Assembly (NCBI GenBank): GCA_014384345.1
Contig: JACNGB010000020.1
Location: forward strand, 14,641-78,640
Source: Candidatus Thioglobus pontius
Lineage (GTDB): Bacteria > Pseudomonadota > Gammaproteobacteria > PS1 > Pseudothioglobaceae
Reading direction: 5' to 3'
DNA length: 64,000 bases
The notes beneath the pieces were generated by a model. The model was not told where the DNA came from, did no database searches, and worked only from the letters and a program-made list of their open reading frames with translations. Positions 44,885-52,512 of this stretch are shown here, in pieces. Position 1 is the stretch's first letter, and every line of letters begins with the position of its first letter. The position numbers were made by a program, and so were the translations under genes.

Positions 44885-46168
44885 ATGAAGTATTGTTTGT
44901 TTTTTTTAGTCGGATTTTTATCTTTCACATCGAATGCCGAAGACGGCTTCGATGATGATGATTTTGACGAGACACCGATTGATATTGTTGTGCAAGTTGA
45001 AGATGCACCAGGCGCACTTTATGGTTCGGTTGATTTAGAAGCGCATTACAATTTAAGTAATGATAAAAACTTATCATCGCTTAAAACCCTGGTCGATGTT
45101 TTGGGTGATTACAAATTTGAAAATGGTGTTAAGCTCTCTGGCAACCTAAAAGGCTACCATGATTTTATTTATGATCTTGAAAATCGAACGGTTCCAAATG
45201 GCTATAAAAATGAAATTAACCTAAATGAGCTAAATATTGAGCTCGAAATTTCTCCAAATTTGGATTTTAAAACAGGTAGGCAAGTCATAGTATGGGGAAA
45301 GTCAGATTCGATTCGAATAACGGATATTCTGAATCCATTAGACAATCGCACCCCAGGATTGGTCGATATTAAGAATTTAAGACTGGGTAGAACTATGAGT
45401 AAGCTGGATTACTATAAGGGCGGTTATAACGCATCGGCAATTTTGATTCATGAAAATCGTTTTTCTGAAAATCCAACGCAGTATTCCGATTTTAAACCCA
45501 CCGCAATCAACAAGCCTATTAATACACCGGATGATAGTTTGGATAATACAACAGTCGCATTAAGTTTAACGGGTGCTTTTTCAGGCTACGATTTCGGCCT
45601 GTATTATGCAGACACTTATTTGGATAAGCCGTATTTGACTAATAGTAATACAACGCTAGATTATAACAATAAGTTGAAAATGATCGGTGCCGCCTATAAC
45701 CAAGCTATTGATAATTATTTGTTTAAAGCAGAGGCGGCACATTTTGACAGTATTCAATACAATGGCGCTGCACAAACTAAAGCTAGAACAGATGTGTTGA
45801 TTGGGGTTGAGTATACGGGTATTGCTGATGGATCGGTTAGCTATGAAGTGGCTGTTCGAAAAATTCATGATTATGAAAATTTGATCAATGTTGAGTCTAA
45901 TGGCTATAAGCCGGAAAATGAATACCAGCAAGTGGCACGCTTCAGTCAGTCTTATTTAAATCAAGCCCTAGATTTGACCACAGTTGCCAGTGTTGTTGGG
46001 TTGCGTGGTGAAGATGGCGGCTCGCTTAGAGTTGAGTTAGATTACGCCATTGACGATCAACTCTCAGTGAGTGGCGGCGTTATTGACTATATCGGTGGTG
46101 ACAATCCAACGATTGATGCTTACAAAAACAATGATCGATTATTTGCCAAATTAAGTTACGCTTTTTAG
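44885..46168 (+). CDS. outer-membrane beta-barrel protein (DUF1302-like)
   Basis: Signal peptide, acidic linker, GRQVIVWGKSDSIRITDILNPLD motif and C-terminal ...AKLSYAF. Confidence 0.55.
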   Translation: MKYCLFFLVGFLSFTSNAEDGFDDDDFDETPIDIVVQVEDAPGALYGSVDLEAHYNLSNDKNLSSLKTLVDVLGDYKFENGVKLSGNLKGYHDFIYDLENRTVPNGYKNEINLNELNIELEISPNLDFKTGRQVIVWGKSDSIRITDILNPLDNRTPGLVDIKNLRLGRTMSKLDYYKGGYNASAILIHENRFSENPTQYSDFKPTAINKPINTPDDSLDNTTVALSLTGAFSGYDFGLYYADTYLDKPYLTNSNTTLDYNNKLKMIGAAYNQAIDNYLFKAEAAHFDSIQYNGAAQTKARTDVLIGVEYTGIADGSVSYEVAVRKIHDYENLINVESNGYKPENEYQQVARFSQSYLNQALDLTTVASVVGLRGEDGGSLRVELDYAIDDQLSVSGGVIDYIGGDNPTIDAYKNNDRLFAKLSYAF

Positions 46169-46234
46169 CGTCATTTGAAAATAATCTATATTATGGTAAA
46201 ATGATATAAGTTATATATCAAGAGTAGGAATGTC

Positions 46235-46798
46235 ATGAAAATCAAATCATTATTAATGTCGGCAAGTGTTTTTTCAATATCGTTAAGTGTGTCAGCTTTT
46301 TTTAATACGAATAGTTTTCCTGCTTTTGGTTCTGGTACAGGCTATAACAGCACCGTTCCGTGGAGCAATAATGCTAATTGGAATCCAATGTCGATGGGTG
46401 GCGGTCAATATTCACCAGCTAATGATGCAAAAAATCTGAGTCGTTATGGCGCATATCCACGCTCTTTACAGCAATATCGTCAAGATCCAAGATTTAGACC
46501 CGCTAATAGCATGATGCCTATGGCCAATCCAGTTCAGCCAAGTAATTGGCTAACGGACACAGATTTTAGTAAAACACTAGAGCAAATAAAATCTTCTGGC
46601 AACAAAACCTTTTTTGTTAATGAAATGCCGATAAATTTTGAACAAGGATACCAGCACATTCAAAACCAAACAGAAGATATCCAGCGCGCCATTGAAACGC
46701 AAATGAAAAATTATCGTAATACAGATAGTATTTATGGCAAACAAGGTTACGAACTGTCGCCAGCTGCTTCTTCAACTTCTAGAGTTGAGTCTGAATAG
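46235..46798 (+). CDS. secreted protein of unknown function (Asn/Gly/Pro-rich N-terminal half)
   Basis: Signal peptide ending SVSAFF, then a low-complexity region and a more ordinary C-terminal region. Confidence 0.5.
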   Translation: MKIKSLLMSASVFSISLSVSAFFNTNSFPAFGSGTGYNSTVPWSNNANWNPMSMGGGQYSPANDAKNLSRYGAYPRSLQQYRQDPRFRPANSMMPMANPVQPSNWLTDTDFSKTLEQIKSSGNKTFFVNEMPINFEQGYQHIQNQTEDIQRAIETQMKNYRNTDSIYGKQGYELSPAASSTSRVESE

Positions 46799-46822
46799 AT
46801 AACGCTTGTTGGCAATATTAAC

Positions 46823-46852
46823 AAAAGTCGCTATTTATTAGCGACTTTTTTG
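46823..46852 (+). terminator. rho-independent terminator
   Basis: AAAAGTCGC-TATTTATTA-GCGACTTTT stem-loop followed by a T run. Confidence 0.75.
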
Positions 46853-47075
46853 TTTAATAGGGCATTTATAAAATTTGTTAAATTTGCTAGAAAATGGCTA
46901 TTGAGCGTCTAGTAATTGAACAAATAAGCCTCAAAAGCCCATTTTTTGGCATTATTTAGGCCTATAAACAGCGAGTTTTTCACTGATTTCTAATTTTTTT
47001 AATATTTTTTGATGGCTATAAGTGCTGCTATGAAAGCATTTTAACAATAATATTAAAAAAAATATAAGAATATCA

Positions 47076-47103
47076 TTGACTTCTAATATAGTTGTCGTAT
47101 AAT
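47076..47103 (+). promoter_or_regulatory. near-consensus sigma70 promoter TTGACT-N16-TATAAT with A/T-rich upstream tract
   Basis: -35 at 47076-47081 and -10 at 47098-47103. The upstream 35 nt are almost pure A/T (UP-element-like). It lies about 85 nt upstream of the ATG at 47190. Confidence 0.7.
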
Positions 47104-47189
47104 ACTCCCCATGCAGAACATGAGTTCAGCACATTAAAACACCTCGCCAATGAAGGTGTTATAACAACATAATAATCTAGGAGATTAAC

Positions 47190-47708
47190 ATGAAAAAAAT
47201 TATCGCAATTACTACTTTAGTAGCAGCTACTTCAGCTTCAGCTTTTTTTGGTAACAACAACAACAACGGTTGGACTAACGGTAACGGTCTATCTAACTGG
47301 GGTCCTTTCGACGGTGGTTCAAACTTCGGTCCTATGAACTCAGGTTCTAACATGGGTCCATTTACTGGCGGCCAGAACATGGGTCCTTTCAACGGTGGTT
47401 CTAACATGGGTCCTTTCAATGGCGCTCAAAACTTCGGTCCTTTTGCTAACAGCAACGACATGAACAACGATTCTGACTGGGGTTTCCATTACAACAACAA
47501 GAACAAGACTTCTAACAAGTCTAACGCTACTACTGACGGTAAGTACGCAGGTACTGCAGACGCTAACGCTAAGGGTGTAGCTGATGCATACGCTAAAGGT
47601 CAAGCTGATGCATTCGCTAAGGCACAAGCTGACGCTTACGCTAAAGGTTACGCAGACGCTAAAGCAAACGCTGCTGCTGACTCACGTGACCAAGTAATTG
47701 CTAAGTAA
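47190..47708 (+). CDS. abundant-looking secreted bipartite repeat protein (NxGPF nonapeptide repeats + ADAYAKGx octapeptide repeats), no family recognised
   Basis: AGGAG Shine-Dalgarno sequence. Signal peptide ...ATSASAFF. 26 of 27 Asn codons are AAC and Gly is almost all GGT/GGC. Flanked by a strong promoter and terminator. Confidence 0.8.
   Translation: MKKIIAITTLVAATSASAFFGNNNNNGWTNGNGLSNWGPFDGGSNFGPMNSGSNMGPFTGGQNMGPFNGGSNMGPFNGAQNFGPFANSNDMNNDSDWGFHYNNKNKTSNKSNATTDGKYAGTADANAKGVADAYAKGQADAFAKAQADAYAKGYADAKANAAADSRDQVIAK
47295..47456 (+). repeat. 6 x 27-bp in-frame tandem repeat (N-[WFM]-G-P-[FM]-x-[GSN]-[GAS]-x)
   Basis: Units start at 47295, 47322, 47349, 47376, 47403 and 47430. Confidence 0.9.
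47556..47675 (+). repeat. 5 x 24-bp in-frame tandem repeat (A-D-A-[NYFK]-A-[KN]-[GA]-x)
   Basis: Units start at 47556, 47580, 47604, 47628 and 47652. Confidence 0.9.
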
Positions 47709-47751
47709 TTACTGCTCACTAGGCTGCTAATCTAATTAGCAGTTAAGCAAT

Positions 47752-47779
47752 AAAACCACCCTTCGGGGTGGTTTTTTTT
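47752..47779 (+). terminator. strong rho-independent terminator with TTCG tetraloop
   Basis: AAAACCACCC-TTCG-GGGTGGTTTT followed by a T run. It is preceded by a second hairpin, CTGCTAAT-CTA-ATTAGCAG, at 47724-47742. Confidence 0.85.
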
Positions 47780-47800
47780 CGTCTATTAAAAGGTGGATAG

Positions 47801-47814
47801 TTGATGTAGGTCAA
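47801..47814 (+). promoter_or_regulatory. FNR/CRP-family box TTGATgtagGTCAA (class II position)
   Basis: One mismatch to TTGAT-N4-ATCAA. The centre lies about 41.5 nt upstream of the start site predicted from the TACAAT -10 at 47837-47842. Confidence 0.55.
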
Positions 47815-47871
47815 ATCATCTATCGCCATTCATTATTACAATAGGGCTTTCGCTAATAAAGAGGCGTTAGA

Positions 47872-48783
47872 TTGCTATCCGATTATGTCAATACCCTAGG
47901 TCAATCACTACTTAGAACACACAAAGAGCGTGTACACAAGGTGGCCATTGATGCTGGTCTTAGTTGTCCTAATCGAGACGGATCAAAAGGTATTGGCGGC
48001 TGTACATTCTGCAACAATGCAACGTTTAGTCCAAATGGTAGGCAGCCTGACCCTATATTAACGCAAATACAAAATGGGCGCGAGGTGCTGATAAAACGTA
48101 CGGGTGCGAAAAAATATATCGCCTATTTTCAGGCTTATACCAATACCTATAGCGATATCCAAACTTTAAAAAAAATGTATGAAACTGCACTGAGTCAAGA
48201 GGATGTGGTTGGCTTGTCAATAGGTACGCGACCTGATTGTGTACCGGAAGCGGTGCTTGATTTGTTGCAGAATTACCAGCAGCAAGGTTATGATGTGTGG
48301 CTAGAATTAGGCCTGCAATCAGCTTTTGACAACACTTTGGTAAAGGTTAACCGGGGGCATGGATTTAAAGAGTATGAGAAAACCCTGTTGGCCGCAAGGG
48401 AAAAAGGCATAAGAGTGTGCACGCATCTAATTATTGGATTGCCTGGTGAAACGCTCAAGCATTATCAAGCTACCTTAAAAAAAGTGTTGGATTTAGGTGT
48501 TGATGGGCTTAAGTTTCATCCGCTACATGTGGTTAAGGGGACGCAATTAGCCAATGAATGGCGACGGGGCGAGTACCAGCCTTTGGCAATGCAAGAATAC
48601 GTGAATGTGGTGGCTGACTTAATTGCACAGGCACCTGAGGATATGATCTATCATCGATTAACGGGCACAGCCAACAAACAACAGTTATTGGCGCCAGAGT
48701 GGTGTAGTAAAAAATGGCAGGTGTTAAACGCCATCGAGGCTAAGTTAATCGATCAAAATAGGAAGAAAATTAAATGGAATTAG
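47872..48783 (+). CDS. yhcC: TIGR01212-family radical SAM protein (YhcC)
   Basis: Collinear with E. coli YhcC (FSCPNRDG..G.GGCTFCN, YLAYFQAYT.T, GTRPDCVP.AVLDLL, WLELGLQ, HLI.GLPGE). TTG start. It overlaps ubiU by 10 nt. Confidence 0.85.
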   Translation: MLSDYVNTLGQSLLRTHKERVHKVAIDAGLSCPNRDGSKGIGGCTFCNNATFSPNGRQPDPILTQIQNGREVLIKRTGAKKYIAYFQAYTNTYSDIQTLKKMYETALSQEDVVGLSIGTRPDCVPEAVLDLLQNYQQQGYDVWLELGLQSAFDNTLVKVNRGHGFKEYEKTLLAAREKGIRVCTHLIIGLPGETLKHYQATLKKVLDLGVDGLKFHPLHVVKGTQLANEWRRGEYQPLAMQEYVNVVADLIAQAPEDMIYHRLTGTANKQQLLAPEWCSKKWQVLNAIEAKLIDQNRKKIKWN

Positions 48784-49763
48784 TCTGTCCGGCGGGCAAT
48801 CTGCCTGCATTAAAAACCGCTATTGATGAAGGGGCTGACACAGTATATATTGGCTTTGCCGATGATACTAATGCCCGACATTTTGCTGGATTAAACTTTA
48901 ATTTAGAGCGATCTAAAGAAGCTGTAGCATATGCGCATAGTCGCGGTAAAAAAGTGTATGTTGCTATTAATACTTACCCACAGCCAGATGGCTGGCAGCG
49001 CTGGCTTGATAGTATCGATAGAAGCGCTCAAATTGGTGTTGATGCCATTATTTTGGCGGACGTTGGTTTAATGGAATATGCGCATACCACTTACCCAGAT
49101 TTAAACATACACTTGTCAGTACAAGGATCAGCAACCAGTTATGAGGCGCTAGATTTTTATCATCGAAATTTTAATATTAAGCGCGCCGTCTTGCCACGAG
49201 TTTTATCTGTTGCTCAGGTGAAAAAAGTGATCGAACACTCACCAGTTGATATTGAAGTGTTTGGGTTTGGTTCATTGTGTGTCATGGTTGAAGGTCGTTG
49301 TATATTATCTTCTTATGTTACTGGCAGATCGCCTAATACTTATGGCGCCTGTTCGCCGGCTTCTCACGTTGAATATATTGAGAATGATATTGCCCTTGAA
49401 ACCCGATTGGGCGGCGTGTTAATAGATGCTTATGAAGAAGGTGAAACGGCTGGCTATCCCACTTTATGCAAAGGCCGATTTGAGGCAATGGGCAATACTT
49501 ATTATGCGCTGGAAGAGCCGACTAGTTTAAACACGCTGGACATCTTGCCAGAGTTGAAAAAAATAGGTGTCAAGGCCATAAAAATCGAAGGCAGACAGCG
49601 CTCACCTGCTTACATTAAAACTGTAGCCAAAACTTGGTCTGCCGCATTAAAGCGGCTGGATCAGGGCGACTATCAATCAAAAAATGAATGGCATCAAGCG
49701 TTATCAGAAGTATCTGAGGGCCATCAAACCACACTGGGTGCTTATCACAGGAGCTGGCAATGA
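48774..49763 (+). CDS. ubiU: U32-family O2-independent ubiquinone hydroxylase subunit UbiU
   Basis: MELVCPAGNLPALKTAIDEGADTVYIGF...DTNARHFAGLNF matches E. coli YhbU/UbiU. Cys cluster CVMVEGRC...GAC...LCKG. Confidence 0.88.
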   Translation: MELVCPAGNLPALKTAIDEGADTVYIGFADDTNARHFAGLNFNLERSKEAVAYAHSRGKKVYVAINTYPQPDGWQRWLDSIDRSAQIGVDAIILADVGLMEYAHTTYPDLNIHLSVQGSATSYEALDFYHRNFNIKRAVLPRVLSVAQVKKVIEHSPVDIEVFGFGSLCVMVEGRCILSSYVTGRSPNTYGACSPASHVEYIENDIALETRLGGVLIDAYEEGETAGYPTLCKGRFEAMGNTYYALEEPTSLNTLDILPELKKIGVKAIKIEGRQRSPAYIKTVAKTWSAALKRLDQGDYQSKNEWHQALSEVSEGHQTTLGAYHRSWQ

Positions 49764-50668
49764 AGATTTCACTAGGCCCTATTTATTTTTACTGGTCTAA
49801 ACAACAGGTTTTTGATTTTTACCAACAAATTGCCCAATCTTCGGTTGATGTTGTTTATTTGGGTGAGGTTGTGTGTTCTAAGCGCCATGAGTTGAGGCTT
49901 GATGATTGGCTTCAAATTGCACAACAGTTGAGCGCAGCCGGTAAGGAGGTTGTGCTTTCAACACTAACCCTGATTGAAGCAGATTCTGAATTAAAGCGTT
50001 TGAAAAAAATATGCAACAATCAAAATTATGGCGTTGAAGCCAATGACTTTTCTGCCATCAATTTGCTAACAAAAGACTGCACACCTTTTGTTATTGGGCC
50101 GAGCGTTAATGTTTATAACACGGCTAGTTTGAATTATTTGGCTAAACAAGGTCTTAGGCGATGGTGCTATCCGGTTGAGTTATCGAAAGATACACTACTT
50201 GATATTGTTAATAATAAGCACAACGCGCTTGAGGTTGAGGTGTTTGCTTATGGGCAATTACCATTGGCATTTTCAGCCAGATGTTTTACCGCAAGGGCTT
50301 ATGATTTGCCTAAGGATGATTGTCAGTATAAATGTATTGATCATCAACAAGGTATGTTGTTATCCACTAAAGAGGATCAAAGTTTTTTAATTATGAACGG
50401 CATTCAGACTTTATCTAGTGATGTTCAAAACCTGGTTTGTGAACTAGATGAAATGAAAAAAATTGGCGTTGATGTTATTAGAATTAGCCCTCAGGTTGAA
50501 TCAACTAATCAAATTATCGACGTATTTAGAGATAGAATTGATCAAAAAAATACATCACAGGAAGCGTTCAACATACTGGCCCAATTGAGCGATAATAAAC
50601 AGCGTGATGGCTACTGGCATAACCAAGAAGGCATGAAAGGCGTTACGCTTGCAGTAGAACAGCTTTAG
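49760..50668 (+). CDS. ubiV: U32-family O2-independent ubiquinone hydroxylase subunit UbiV
   Basis: MKISLGPIYFYW...YLGEVVCSKR...SARCFTARA...PKDDCQYKC matches E. coli YhbV/UbiV. ATGA overlap with ubiU. Confidence 0.88.
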   Translation: MKISLGPIYFYWSKQQVFDFYQQIAQSSVDVVYLGEVVCSKRHELRLDDWLQIAQQLSAAGKEVVLSTLTLIEADSELKRLKKICNNQNYGVEANDFSAINLLTKDCTPFVIGPSVNVYNTASLNYLAKQGLRRWCYPVELSKDTLLDIVNNKHNALEVEVFAYGQLPLAFSARCFTARAYDLPKDDCQYKCIDHQQGMLLSTKEDQSFLIMNGIQTLSSDVQNLVCELDEMKKIGVDVIRISPQVESTNQIIDVFRDRIDQKNTSQEAFNILAQLSDNKQRDGYWHNQEGMKGVTLAVEQL

Positions 50669-51582
50669 ATTAGACAGTCAGTATTTTTCAAACGATCGAA
50701 ATAACGAGCTCGATAGTAATGCCGTTTGTTGGTTTTGCTGTCGGTAAATGCTGCCCTATCATGAAGCACATTATTACTAATGAGCCCCATCCCAGGTTCG
50801 AGTAGCCCTCTAAATACGTAATCAGAGCACTCATCATTGAGAATCTCTTGCAAATAACCAACAGCTTCTTGAACTAGTGGGTCTGGTGACCATTCAATAT
50901 TTCTAGCTCTAGCAGTGTAGCGCATATGTAAGTTGCCAGCCTTGGTAACACTAAACACTGGTCCTGGCCTATCAGGTCTAACGCTGCCATCTGGTTTTGT
51001 GCCAGCTGGAATCATCATGACATTGTCATTCATAAGGGCGTGGATAAAATCTGGATTTTTTTCACGTAGCAAAATGTAGGCAATTTCATGATCCATGAGT
51101 TGGTTTTCACCCCCTTCTGCGGCTTTTTGTACAACGTGTAAATTAAGTGCATGGATTTGCTTGTCTGCTGCATTGTAGTAGCCATCAGTATGCCAATGAA
51201 TTGGTTTATTTGTATAGGGGATATAGTTTTTTCTTTCCCCATTATCAACCACTGTTAAGGAGGTTAAGCCATTATCGTCAGCTAGCCAATTTTTGTTAAT
51301 TTGCCCTAGGCCGAACTTGTTAGCGATAGCCATAGGTATTTCTGCAGAAGGATTGGCGCCCGTATTGCCAATATATATAGCCATGTTAGCCCTTTGGGTT
51401 AAATCTAATAACGCTTCATATTCACCTTTGCTCAAGCTTCTTGGATCATTAACTTCAATCAGCAAATCAGCAATGCTTGTTGGATGTTCTGAGAGTTTTT
51501 TGTCTCTCCAGCGTTTGTATAAATCGTTGTTGTCTAGTAGAAATGGAGAGCTGGCGGGGTTTGTATGTGTAGCTGTACGCAT
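50665..51582 (-). CDS. TauD/TfdA-family Fe(II)/2-oxoglutarate dioxygenase-like protein
   Basis: 305 aa with an IHWHTDGYY (HxD) motif, a distal His (NNVLHDRAAF) and a C-terminal Arg (YYRARY). Confidence 0.6.
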   Translation of the reverse strand: MRTATHTNPASSPFLLDNNDLYKRWRDKKLSEHPTSIADLLIEVNDPRSLSKGEYEALLDLTQRANMAIYIGNTGANPSAEIPMAIANKFGLGQINKNWLADDNGLTSLTVVDNGERKNYIPYTNKPIHWHTDGYYNAADKQIHALNLHVVQKAAEGGENQLMDHEIAYILLREKNPDFIHALMNDNVMMIPAGTKPDGSVRPDRPGPVFSVTKAGNLHMRYTARARNIEWSPDPLVQEAVGYLQEILNDECSDYVFRGLLEPGMGLISNNVLHDRAAFTDSKTNKRHYYRARYFDRLKNTDCLI

Positions 51583-51653
51583 GAGAAAGGCAACAATAAA
51601 AACGCCCTAGTTTATGCATGACGTAAGTTGATGTCATTGATGCAGGTCAACTA

Positions 51654-51917
51654 TTAGATGAGATTGTTTTTAACCAGCACAGTTTGTATTTTGGTGGCCA
51701 TTTTGGCTAACTTGTTAATGTCTTTAAAATTTGGTACCTCTCCTTGATTGAGTCTATGTTCCCATTCGTCTATTTCCACGGCAATAAAATCAACTAATTT
51801 TAGTGAACAGCCAGAACAAGAATCTGAGCAGAAGTCTGCATCTATGCCGTCAAAAGGCAGTGTGTCTTTTATTTGGGCAATTAAATGATACATCGCCTCG
51901 CGAGTATTTGGTTTCAT
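51654..51917 (-). CDS. small Cys-rich hypothetical protein
   Basis: 87-aa ORF with CSDSCSGCS. It lies 9 nt downstream of ubiT on the same strand. Confidence 0.4.
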   Translation of the reverse strand: MKPNTREAMYHLIAQIKDTLPFDGIDADFCSDSCSGCSLKLVDFIAVEIDEWEHRLNQGEVPNFKDINKLAKMATKIQTVLVKNNLI

Positions 51918-51926
51918 GGAGGCTTG

Positions 51927-52418
51927 CTATTGAGATTTGCACAATAGTTTTTTAAGCATAGGATAGGTGCTTTGCAGAATCTGGTCTGTTTTAAGGCTCA
52001 ACCAATGAGACTCTACTTCAAACGCATCTAGAAAGTTTTTTACATAAAGCCCAAGTTCGGTTGAGCCCTGCATTTTAATTTTTCGCTGAAAGAACAAAGT
52101 GTCCGGATCTTTTTGTTTGCTAACAAGGTCTAGAAAATGACAGCTATCAGCACTTATGGTTAATCCAAAGTGATTGTCTTGGTGAGTTTGTATTAGTCGC
52201 TTACCATCAAAGCCAAGATTAAATGATAAGCCAATATCGGTTACCTTAATTAATATCCATTGATCTTGCAAGAAGCTTAAGTCATCGTTTCGAATGGCTT
52301 GTGCGAAAACCTGATTAAAAATACCAACAATAACTTTATTATTTATTTTATTAGCAGCTTGTGTTAGCGCTAATGGCGGTGTTAATAGGGAGCTAGCAAG
52401 CGGGTTGATTAGGCTCAT
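51927..52418 (-). CDS. ubiT: SCP2-domain ubiquinone anaerobic biosynthesis accessory factor UbiT
   Basis: KQKDPDTLFFQRKIKMQGSTELGLYVKNFLDAFE matches E. coli YhbT/UbiT (RKQDPDTLFFQRRLVIEGDTELGLYVKNLMDAIE). Confidence 0.85.
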   Translation of the reverse strand: MSLINPLASSLLTPPLALTQAANKINNKVIVGIFNQVFAQAIRNDDLSFLQDQWILIKVTDIGLSFNLGFDGKRLIQTHQDNHFGLTISADSCHFLDLVSKQKDPDTLFFQRKIKMQGSTELGLYVKNFLDAFEVESHWLSLKTDQILQSTYPMLKKLLCKSQ

Positions 52419-52475
52419 GACAATTTTATATGGGTTTAATTGCTTTTATTTTAGGTCAAATTTGCTTGATTTTGA

Positions 52476-52489
52476 TTGACCAAAATCAA
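52476..52489 (-). promoter_or_regulatory. FNR/CRP-family box (minus strand TTGATtttgGTCAA) upstream of ubiT
   Basis: It is embedded in the 10-bp inverted repeat CTTGATTTTG/CAAAATCAAG (52465-52490). The centre lies about 41.5 nt upstream of the start predicted from the TAAAAT -10 (52453-52448, minus strand). Confidence 0.5.
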
Positions 52490-52512
52490 GCATTTAAAAT
52501 ATTATTAATTTA

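Noticed and set aside
47177-47627. Minus-strand ORFs (80 and 95 aa) overlapping the repeat-protein gene
   Set aside because: They are artefacts of the tandem repeats. The plus-strand gene has the promoter, Shine-Dalgarno sequence, signal peptide, codon bias and terminator.
47815-47835. Weak similarity of CTATCGCCATT (about 47819-47830) to the tRNA-Leu 3' end (CTATCGGCACCA), considered as a possible att repeat marking the right end of an island
   Set aside because: Only about 6-9 matching bases are present. There is no integrase or mobility gene and no compositional break. This is not enough to call an integrative element.
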